Of a stretch of DNA of 25,761 bases, positions 18,990 to 25,761 are shown one piece after another. Source of the DNA: a virus (Duplodnaviria > Caudoviricetes). Location: positions 1 to 25,761 of the IMG/VR virus record IMGVR_UViG_3300009183_000333; one strand, given 5' to 3'. Each line of letters starts with the position of its first letter. Position 1 is the stretch's first letter. The position numbers were made by a program, and so were the translations under genes. Below the pieces are notes generated by a model, which worked only from the letters and a program-made list of their open reading frames with translations, searched no databases and was not told where the DNA came from.

Positions 18990-19531
18990 TATTTTATCCT
19001 ATAAGCAATACTGTGCCTATACACGCCAGGAACAGTTGGCCCTAGCCCACGATGCGGAATGTCTGCATCAAAATATAGAATTCTTCCAGGAACATAGTCA
19101 ATAGTATTAGTGACATTTCCTTGCTGATCAAGAGTTTGAAATTCACCACCCCATTCTTTCTTCCAGTTGTAGGTAGTAAACAATATAGCAGTTTTAGAAC
19201 CACCACCGGTGTCGGTGTGGGACGACCCGTCCATGCCCATAACTTGTAAATTAGAATATATTTCTTTTAATTCAACAGGCTCTTTTAATATCTTATTTGC
19301 AAAGTGATCAAATGCCCACATCAATTGCAAAGGGCATCCTGACTCGTAGACATAGTCGGATAATTTCCTAAACAAAGTCGCCCCCATGATATTGTGTGTG
19401 CCGACTCTACCATAGGGCCACGTTTGGCTGTTAGCAACGTTATGTGGAATGTTAGGTAGTTTGTCACATAATTCGTTGAGTTCAAAAATATATTTGTCGT
19501 CAAATATGTTGTCGTATACTTGTAGCATCAT
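18989..19531 (-). CDS. Fe(II)/2OG oxygenase, prolyl 4-hydroxylase-like
   Basis: SHTD (HxD), WKKEWGGEF, PGRILYFDADIPHRG and RHSIAYR. Confidence 0.85.
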   Translation of the reverse strand: MMLQVYDNIFDDKYIFELNELCDKLPNIPHNVANSQTWPYGRVGTHNIMGATLFRKLSDYVYESGCPLQLMWAFDHFANKILKEPVELKEIYSNLQVMGMDGSSHTDTGGGSKTAILFTTYNWKKEWGGEFQTLDQQGNVTNTIDYVPGRILYFDADIPHRGLGPTVPGVYRHSIAYRIK

Positions 19532-20100
19532 GTGACTAAAATATTAAATGCAAGCGAAATGCGATCTTCGTTTGAGTTATTAGGTAATGTGTAATGATCT
19601 ATCCATGCTGGCCACACCAACATCTTGTTTGGCTCAGGCTCGATTTCCCAAGTAAACGAATTAAACTGATTCCAATCAGTTACTATTTTTTCATCAATAC
19701 AAAAACCATGGGCATGATTAGGATTCCTTAACACTAATTTTCCAGAATTAGGAGGAGCACTAATATATATTACACCCGATAATGTAGAAAAACCGTGGCG
19801 ATGCGGTCTGTTGAAATCACCTTTACCGTTTACATTTAACCAATAGTTACTGATTGTAAACTCGTTAGTCAACCCTAGATTTTTTAATATTTCTACAATT
19901 TTGTTATTAATGACTGCACGTAACTCTTCAGTGTCTTTAGATTCCAACGGTAGATCGTCACTTTGCCATCCGCCGTAGTTACTCAATATTCGTCCATTTG
20001 ATAAATTCTTAAGAGAGTAACAATAATTTTTAAGCCTTTCTAGATCCAAAGTTAGTTGTTCGTAGGCAATAAAACTTGAAAAAATGTTAGTGATTAGCAT
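19528..20100 (-). CDS. Putative Fe(II)/2OG oxygenase, TIGR02466-like family; first gene of the operon
   Basis: SNYGGWQS, WLNVNGKGDFNRPHRH (HxH), LSGVIYI and WPAWIDHY..N..EDRISLAFN. Confidence 0.85.
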   Translation of the reverse strand: MLITNIFSSFIAYEQLTLDLERLKNYCYSLKNLSNGRILSNYGGWQSDDLPLESKDTEELRAVINNKIVEILKNLGLTNEFTISNYWLNVNGKGDFNRPHRHGFSTLSGVIYISAPPNSGKLVLRNPNHAHGFCIDEKIVTDWNQFNSFTWEIEPEPNKMLVWPAWIDHYTLPNNSNEDRISLAFNILVT

Positions 20101-20107
20101 AGCTGAG

Positions 20108-20151
20108 TATTTAGTAGGTAAATATTTGACAGGAAAATTATTAACTAAATA
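20108..20151. promoter_or_regulatory. Divergent pair of T4-late-type promoter boxes (ACTAAATA)
   Basis: ACTAAATA on the minus strand at 20108-20115, 7 nt before the ATG at 20100, and on the plus strand at 20144-20151. Both resemble the T4 late consensus TATAAATA. A TTGACA (20126-20131)-N18-TATAAG sigma70-like match also overlaps on the plus strand. Confidence 0.6.
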
Positions 20152-20181
20152 TAAGATGCTAAATTACCAAGGAAACAGATC

Positions 20182-20736
20182 ATGGATATTTTAAAAATTA
20201 CTTACGATATTTTAGAGCGCACACTGAGTATAGATGATTCCAAGATTGGACATGAGTATACCGAAGTACAATTTAATGTTTTTTCTAAAGACGACATCGA
20301 CAGAGATGTGTCTGATATCGAATTTAAATTAAAATTAACAAAAGACGGCAACGAAATATATTCAGCCCGATATCCAGTTGCACCAATCAAATACGAATTA
20401 ATGAAAACAACACTGATCGGAAAATCGCATGAACTATTAGGTGCAAATTTTTCTTACAATGTTGAAGCATACGTAGGTACTATCAGCGACTCTAAAGAAA
20501 TAGCAAGTATCAGCAAAACCGTTACGACATCAAAAGGGCCGCAACCATTTCCTTCCTGGACATTCGACGATGCTAACCATGTATGGAAAGCTCCAACTCC
20601 TAATCCTGATCCATCGGCAGGTGTTGATGACCCTATACCGCGTAAGTTGTATCAATGGAGTGAAAAACGACAGGCATGGATCGAAGGATTACCTGAAGAA
20701 GTTATCCCCCAAGATGGCGGCAAGCTCAACAACTAA
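20182..20736 (+). CDS. Hypothetical protein with tail-fibre-associated C-terminal motif
   Basis: AAGGA Shine-Dalgarno upstream. The C-terminal PQPFPSWTFD..WKAPTPNP..YQWSE..W motif is commonly seen beside fibre and Gly-rich genes in phages (recognition by eye). Confidence 0.65.
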   Translation: MDILKITYDILERTLSIDDSKIGHEYTEVQFNVFSKDDIDRDVSDIEFKLKLTKDGNEIYSARYPVAPIKYELMKTTLIGKSHELLGANFSYNVEAYVGTISDSKEIASISKTVTTSKGPQPFPSWTFDDANHVWKAPTPNPDPSAGVDDPIPRKLYQWSEKRQAWIEGLPEEVIPQDGGKLNN

Positions 20737-21102
20737 ATGTTGATTATTCGATCCACTCACGATATTTTAAATCATCCTTGGAAATTAGATTTTTCTAGTT
20801 ACATTCGACCAACGAACACCATAGTTCCGCCTGGGTGGGGTCAAGATAGAGAAATTACTGTTCCCGACGTAGCTTTTTGGGAACAGATTTATTACGCACC
20901 GGGAAGTTTGGGAATATATGTGTCGTGGAGTCCCTACGCTGAGTTTTATATGATCGTGTACAATCTGTTCAGCCATTTAGATCAAGGGATACAGACATTT
21001 TATGGTCCGGATGCTGCCGAACAAGTATCTAGACAGGCAGCAGTATTTGGAATTGACTTGCAGTCAAAAAATATTTGGGTAGAATCAACCCCATTTAATT
21101 AA
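20737..21102 (+). CDS. Hypothetical protein, paralogue of 9018..9491
   Basis: Abuts the previous stop (TAA-ATG). It has FWEQIY..GIYVSWSPYAEFYMI and QTFYGP motifs. Confidence 0.75.
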   Translation: MLIIRSTHDILNHPWKLDFSSYIRPTNTIVPPGWGQDREITVPDVAFWEQIYYAPGSLGIYVSWSPYAEFYMIVYNLFSHLDQGIQTFYGPDAAEQVSRQAAVFGIDLQSKNIWVESTPFN

Positions 21103-21348
21103 AAACATTGTCAGATCTTGTTCACTATCGAAGTCTACTCTAGTCCACGCCTTTACATCTTGATCGTAGAATAACTTTCCACGAAATTCAGCAAGCCATA
21201 TTTCCTCTAATATCGCTTGACCTTTCAATGCTTCTTTTTCACTAGCCAGGATAGAAGAATTTTTAATCAAATAAGAATTAGCTTTGATAAATGCTGGCGA
21301 GATACCGGAATCGTTGACTATTGAAAACGAATATTTAAAATCGCTCAT
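21085..21348 (-). CDS. Small hypothetical protein
   Basis: 87 aa with a 4-bp overlap with the upstream ORF. The C-terminal F-x-SEQDLTMFLIKW resembles a motif frequent in small large-phage proteins. Confidence 0.6.
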   Translation of the reverse strand: MSDFKYSFSIVNDSGISPAFIKANSYLIKNSSILASEKEALKGQAILEEIWLAEFRGKLFYDQDVKAWTRVDFDSEQDLTMFLIKWG

Positions 21349-21599
21349 CCGTTGAGTCTAATTTGAGAATCTAATTTTTTTCTTATTTCGGATATGCGTT
21401 CACGCATTTCGGTACCTTGGGAAGGCAATTGTTTTTGATAGACCATGTCTGTAAATGTAATATCCAGTCCTTTAACTTCAAAAATTAAATTATTTAGAAG
21501 TTTTTCAGCTTCAAGTTTAGCTCCTGGATTTGTAATCTTATCTATGGCTTCTCGATAATGTTTTATATCGGTTTGAAATCTTTCAGCTCGTTGTAGCAT
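21345..21599 (-). CDS. Small helical hypothetical protein
   Basis: 84 aa with amphipathic helical periodicity; it overlaps both neighbouring minus-strand ORFs. Confidence 0.6.
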   Translation of the reverse strand: MLQRAERFQTDIKHYREAIDKITNPGAKLEAEKLLNNLIFEVKGLDITFTDMVYQKQLPSQGTEMRERISEIRKKLDSQIRLNG

Positions 21600-21972
21600 T
21601 TTTTATTAACTCCATGACAGTTTCTATTTTTACACGTATTACCTGATTATTTAATGTGGTGCGTAACCCTGAGTGCAGTTGTTTTGGCAAACAATCTAAA
21701 TCTGCCCAGCATACAGTCTTTGATGCTAGAGTCAAAAACTCTTGATCGACCACACACACATATGTGCCATATTCAAAACCTCGATCTTCGGACAAATATA
21801 GTTCAATGGGAACTATACGGCCCTGTGCATATTGAGTTAACAATTCATCTGCATCTTCTAAGAGGCTGTTATTACGCTGGAATGTGGGCACGGTCCATCG
21901 CTCATCATCTAAGATCAGCAGTATACGACCTGTGGTTTTAGCTAAGAATAATAATCCGGCACGCTGTTGCAT
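21583..21972 (-). CDS. Nudix-fold-like protein lacking a canonical Nudix box
   Basis: AGLLFLAKTTGRILLIL N-terminal strands and C-terminal WADLDCLPKQLHSGL resemble the Nudix scaffold, but GX5EX7REUXEEXGU is absent. The start is placed at 21972 (MQQRAG) because the track start at 22008 overlaps gp15 and a GATAAGTA box lies 5 nt upstream of 21972. Confidence 0.5.
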   Translation of the reverse strand: MQQRAGLLFLAKTTGRILLILDDERWTVPTFQRNNSLLEDADELLTQYAQGRIVPIELYLSEDRGFEYGTYVCVVDQEFLTLASKTVCWADLDCLPKQLHSGLRTTLNNQVIRVKIETVMELIKNATTS

Positions 21973-21977
21973 GCCAG

Positions 21978-21985
21978 TACTTATC
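21978..21985 (-). promoter_or_regulatory. Possible late promoter variant GATAAGTA
   Basis: It includes the TAA stop of the gp15-like gene and lies 5 nt before ATG 21972, the same geometry as GATAAATA-N5-ATG at 25000. Confidence 0.4.
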
Positions 21986-23588
21986 CATCTGAAGTTCTGA
22001 AGCTCCATTCTCCTGACTTATACTCACCTTCAAAGGCTTTGATCCATTGGGTGCCTTCCCATTGGTATTTGATACCTGTGCGTATATTTTGTATATAGGT
22101 CGGACTAAATTCCTCACCTAGTATGTCTGCTGCCTCTAAGGTGTTTGCTTCGGGATCCCATATTGTGGTCCATGTACGCCCAGTCCACTCTATAATAGAG
22201 TTGGCTTTGATAATTGGATCTGTGCCATCTTGATTTTCCCAAGATGAATCATTGTTGCTGGGTTCTCTCCAGGCCTGCGGTCCACGATAAGGTACACTGG
22301 TACTGTCTGCTGGATTAGAAGGAAGATTGATGTAACCGCCACGATTTACACTGTTATTAACATCGTCTAGCATTAGAAATCTCAACCCTAGAGGTATGGC
22401 TGCGTGTGAGCCATACACTTCTAGCGGATTGTACTTGTAGGGATCTATAATAGCATCCACGGTGCCTCTGGCACCGAATCCCGGTATGGAACTGGGTATA
22501 TCAGTGTTGCCTGGGTATGTATCCGTATCCAAGGACACTACTAATATGCTAGGATCCAGTGGGTTAATTACAAATGTTCCCACTATTTTTAATCCGTTGG
22601 ATTTTCCAAACAAAACTTCACTACCAGGAACATATCCGCCTTGTGTATTTAATATTATATTCCAATCAATCGGCTCACCGTTTTTTACTTCCTTTTCACC
22701 AAGCCCTAGTGACGTCACAGCCTCCACAGAATTAACCAATGTTAGATCGTATTGATTATCGTTGGGATTACCGGTATTTGATTTAAACAACAGAATTCCG
22801 TATTTGCCAAACGGACTACCGCCTATTCCAATACCAACAACATCGCTACCAGGTTCGAAGTGACCGGTAGTACTGTTATTATAAATTAAATCTTCGAGAT
22901 TTATTACATTTCCTTCATCGTCCATCACGTTGGCCACAATGCTCTGCACTATACCTAATTTTTTAACCTTAGCAGGCGGTGATATAAACACAGGCATTTC
23001 AAAGTCCATGCTGCAGATGTCTATGTCGCTTTCTGCTCCTTGTGGTATGGTTCTGCTGGAAAAATTAGTGCCGGTAAGATACATGGCGCTAAGGCTGGTC
23101 CAGTCTATGTAGTTGTCTGTGGTTTGAAGTTCTAGACTAGGATTAAACAATACCAGTATCTGTTCCAGCAACTGTAGTTTTTGATCTGTGTTAGAAGTCC
23201 ATAGATCTGCTTTCATGGTCAATTTAAACGGCGTAGGCATTAATCGTTCTACTGTATAGCTGCCGCCTTGTGCACCGGTGTATTCTCTAGTGCCGCTGGC
23301 GTCTGTGAATCTGCGTTCTCGTATATGTATCTTTGAAATAAATGTAGGATCACTGAGTCTGTTGGTATCCATTTCAAGACCTGTGATATAACAGGCTATC
23401 CTTGGCACTGTAGGCATTTTATTTTCTGAGTTATCTTTGATAATGCTGGCCACCTGCCTAGTCAAGTCTCCGTACATCACCGGAATCTGTCGTTGATCAC
23501 CGTCGCCTGCTTGATACTTGAATCCAATAAACACACGCATGAACTGTGTGACATAGCGTCTTATCTGGCCGTCGTAGTGAAAATCCAT
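21981..23588 (-). CDS. Tail sheath stabiliser / tail completion protein (T4 gp15-like) with long C-terminal extension
   Basis: FHYDGQIRRYVTQF, IPVMYG, PRIACYI and PTPFKL..LWTSNTDQKLQLLEQILVLFNP match the T4 gp15 pattern. It lies next to the neck genes. Confidence 0.8.
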   Translation of the reverse strand: MDFHYDGQIRRYVTQFMRVFIGFKYQAGDGDQRQIPVMYGDLTRQVASIIKDNSENKMPTVPRIACYITGLEMDTNRLSDPTFISKIHIRERRFTDASGTREYTGAQGGSYTVERLMPTPFKLTMKADLWTSNTDQKLQLLEQILVLFNPSLELQTTDNYIDWTSLSAMYLTGTNFSSRTIPQGAESDIDICSMDFEMPVFISPPAKVKKLGIVQSIVANVMDDEGNVINLEDLIYNNSTTGHFEPGSDVVGIGIGGSPFGKYGILLFKSNTGNPNDNQYDLTLVNSVEAVTSLGLGEKEVKNGEPIDWNIILNTQGGYVPGSEVLFGKSNGLKIVGTFVINPLDPSILVVSLDTDTYPGNTDIPSSIPGFGARGTVDAIIDPYKYNPLEVYGSHAAIPLGLRFLMLDDVNNSVNRGGYINLPSNPADSTSVPYRGPQAWREPSNNDSSWENQDGTDPIIKANSIIEWTGRTWTTIWDPEANTLEAADILGEEFSPTYIQNIRTGIKYQWEGTQWIKAFEGEYKSGEWSFRTSDG

Positions 23589-24979
23589 TATAGGTCTGCC
23601 TCAGGTCTAAGAGCCTTGCTGAGACTCTGCTTTTCTTTGACTGTGTGTCCGTCAATGGTTCTCACAGTAGTGTTATTAATGAATGTAGATTTTTGTGTCT
23701 TTCTCACATCCTTGCCAGCAAACGGTTCACCAGCAGCAACATCACTGGCTCCGAGATTGCTCATGGTCATGCGTACATTGTCTTCGAACTTGCGCCATCT
23801 TAGGCCATCGAATCTAAACAGTCTATTAGGAAGATAATCTGTGCGTAGTGCAAACTGTCCGTTGACAGGATTGGCCGGGAATGAAATGCCTGCGGTAAAT
23901 GGGGCCCCGTTAGGAGGTACACCGTCTTTGGTTAGATACCCTTCGTAGCCATCTCCGTCTGTTGGTAGTATCACTGAGCTGGCAGTCTGTCCAACATATA
24001 TAGCATTACCATCCGTGTCATATAGTAGATTACCTGCTTCGTCGGTGGCCTGTGTTTGTGCATCTACTGTTACAGATCCTGCATCCACAGTGGCTAATTC
24101 AACTATTCCGTCAACGTTTCTCTGCAAGGTATAATACTTACTGGTATCGTAGCCGCTGCGTGGCACATCTGCTTCTGCTTGATCCAACACAGCAGCAGTG
24201 ATCTGCATTTCTTTTTCATAGGTGCTGACAACATCTCTCAATGTGTCGGCCAGTGCGTAGTAGGTATTGTTAGGTGGAGCTACTCCTGTGACTTCCTGTA
24301 TGACCTGATATTTTTTACCGTTAGCTGCTAGTACTATATCACCGGGATAGTATGTGATGCCTGCGTTATAAGTGCCCTGATAAGCATCGCTGTCAGCAAT
24401 GCCATCTAGAATCTGTTTGAATTCTTGACTGTCTACTAATGGTTTGCACTTGGCACGATATAAATGCGGGTACCATGTGGCTGAAAATCCCTCTGCTGCT
24501 CTACTAACTTCTTCTATCACGAAGAAACGTTTCAGGGCAAACGTCAAATCATTCAAAGCATATTCATCTTTGAGATGCGGCAGTTCTATCACGTCGCCTG
24601 CTATGATTTTACGACCTAGTTTTTCCACAGTGTCTGTGATGTGGAACGTAATAAAGATTGTGTCATTCTGTAGAAATAGTCCAAACTGGCTGAGGTTGAA
24701 GTCTATGTCACTGATGTTATAAACACCTCTCATCACATACACATCGGGATCGTACTTGCGATCTCTGTTTTCTAAAAACAATAGATCCTGTATGTTTGCC
24801 ACATTATCAGTGGCGTATGTAGGGGTACTGGGAGTGTCACCTTGTATTGCAGCTCCTGTGCCTATGTATCTGTGAACCAACACATCTGTTCCGCCAACCT
24901 GAAACATTTCCCAAGCGGATCTATCGATAAAGCGGAAATCGTTGCCCTTTTCGGGACGGTATAAACTGAGTCTTGGCAT
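23588..24979 (-). CDS. Neck / head completion protein (T4 gp14-like)
   Basis: LSQFGLFLQNDTIFITF..GDVIELP matches the gp14 pattern. It has a 1-bp TAATG overlap with the gp15-like gene. The second ATG (24979, MPRLSLY) is preferred because ATG 24985 lies only 1 nt from the TAAATA box. Confidence 0.7.
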   Translation of the reverse strand: MPRLSLYRPEKGNDFRFIDRSAWEMFQVGGTDVLVHRYIGTGAAIQGDTPSTPTYATDNVANIQDLLFLENRDRKYDPDVYVMRGVYNISDIDFNLSQFGLFLQNDTIFITFHITDTVEKLGRKIIAGDVIELPHLKDEYALNDLTFALKRFFVIEEVSRAAEGFSATWYPHLYRAKCKPLVDSQEFKQILDGIADSDAYQGTYNAGITYYPGDIVLAANGKKYQVIQEVTGVAPPNNTYYALADTLRDVVSTYEKEMQITAAVLDQAEADVPRSGYDTSKYYTLQRNVDGIVELATVDAGSVTVDAQTQATDEAGNLLYDTDGNAIYVGQTASSVILPTDGDGYEGYLTKDGVPPNGAPFTAGISFPANPVNGQFALRTDYLPNRLFRFDGLRWRKFEDNVRMTMSNLGASDVAAGEPFAGKDVRKTQKSTFINNTTVRTIDGHTVKEKQSLSKALRPEADL

Positions 24980-24986
24980 AGTCATA

Positions 24987-25007
24987 TATTTACCGCTACG
25001 ATAAATA
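24987..25007. promoter_or_regulatory. Divergent pair of T4-late-type promoter boxes
   Basis: GGTAAATA on the minus strand at 24987-24994 (7 nt before ATG 24979) and GATAAATA on the plus strand at 25000-25007 (5 nt before ATG 25013). Confidence 0.65.
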
Positions 25008-25012
25008 CTTGT

Positions 25013-25761
25013 ATGAGCACATCAGATCAAGCCAAAAACTCTGTTTACAACTACTGCAAAGCCATGCTAGGCGATGGTATGGTAGATGTAGAATTAGATC
25101 CCATACACTACGACACCGCACTTAACCGTGCTCTAGCAGTTTTCCGCCAGCGCAGCGATAACGCTGTGGAGGAAAGCTATGCGTTTTTAACCCTAACTGA
25201 AAGTACTAACGAGTATATACTACCTAAAGAAATACAACAGGTACGTCAGATATTCCGTAGATCAGTAGGATCGAGAACTGGTAACGGCACAGGCGGCACA
25301 GTATTTGAGCCATTTAATCTAGCCTACGCTAACACCTATTTGTTAAGCTCAACTAACATGGGTGGATTGCTGACCTATGAACTGTTTAGTCAGTATCAAG
25401 AATTAGTGGGCAAGATGTTTGGGTCGTTTATTAATTTTACCTGGCATCCACAAAGTCATAAAATTATCATACATCAACGTCCTCGAGGTGAGGAATCAGT
25501 GATGCTGCAAGTCTACAATTCTAAACCAGATTTTGCCATTATAGATGATGTGTATTCAGGACAATGGATTAAGGATTATGCTCTAGCCAACTGCAAAATG
25601 ATGCTAGGACAGGCCCGAAGCAAGTTTGGACAGATCGCAGGACCGCAGGGTGGTACACAACTCAACGGCACAGCACTGATCACAGAGGCTCAAACCGAAA
25701 TGGAAAAGCTAATGGAAGACCTCAAAACTGGTATTACTACTCAGGGATGGGGTTGGATAAC
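25013..25761 (+). CDS. Neck protein (T4 gp13-like), 3'-truncated; absent from the ORF track
   Basis: Translated by hand: MSTSDQAKNSVYNYCKAMLGDGMVDVELDPIHYDTALNRAL...QWIKDYALANCKMMLGQARSKFGQIAGPQGGTQLNGTALITEAQTEMEKLMEDL...GWGWI. It is open to the window end and matches the gp13 motifs LG..+.VEL and W+KDYA.A..K...G......PGG..+.G. Confidence 0.85.
   Translation, partial: MSTSDQAKNSVYNYCKAMLGDGMVDVELDPIHYDTALNRALAVFRQRSDNAVEESYAFLTLTESTNEYILPKEIQQVRQIFRRSVGSRTGNGTGGTVFEPFNLAYANTYLLSSTNMGGLLTYELFSQYQELVGKMFGSFINFTWHPQSHKIIIHQRPRGEESVMLQVYNSKPDFAIIDDVYSGQWIKDYALANCKMMLGQARSKFGQIAGPQGGTQLNGTALITEAQTEMEKLMEDLKTGITTQGWGWI

Noticed and set aside
11108-19503. Short plus-strand and off-frame ORFs inside the enzyme operon
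   Set aside because: They overlap motif-bearing enzyme genes. The similarity between 12701-12901 and 14096-14326 only mirrors the halogenase duplication.
9488-20100. Classical bacterial secondary-metabolite or RiPP gene cluster (e.g. pyrrolnitrin-like)
   Set aside because: No scaffold enzyme, precursor, peptidase, transporter or regulator is visible, and the flanks are phage virion genes. The prnA symbol was therefore not assigned.
15184-20100. DNA base-hypermodification cluster (dUTPase-like plus TET/JBP-like oxygenases)
   Set aside because: No recognisable TET/JBP, thymidylate synthase, kinase, glycosyltransferase or methylase motifs are present, and the context is structural rather than replicative. 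It is disfavoured but not fully excluded.
1-25761. CRISPR arrays, tRNA/rRNA genes, introns/inteins, intrinsic terminators
   Set aside because: Intergenic gaps are all under about 85 bp, and I saw no regular repeats, cloverleaf or convincing hairpin-poly(T) by eye.

Overview
This is a structural-gene region of a large T4-like (myovirus-type) bacteriophage. The left arm (+) holds a >2,170-aa multidomain virion protein that is truncated at the window start, a small virion protein, a tail-fibre-like protein and a glycine-rich adhesin-like protein. The right arm holds T4 gp15-, gp14- and gp13-like neck/tail-completion genes, with gp13 divergent and truncated at the window end. Between the arms is a tightly coupled, AT-richer, 13-gene operon on the minus strand (9488-20100). 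It contains three tryptophan-halogenase-family flavin-dependent halogenases, seven Fe(II)/2-oxoglutarate oxygenases and three Cys-Pro proteins of unknown function (two clear paralogues with dUTPase-like motifs). The operon starts 7 nt after a T4-late-type TAAATA box and is bracketed by two paralogues of an unannotated protein. The most interesting hypothesis, which is inference only, is a late-expressed halogenation/hydroxylation system that modifies virion proteins such as the adjacent Gly-rich adhesin. All family calls come from motif recognition by eye; no database searches were run.
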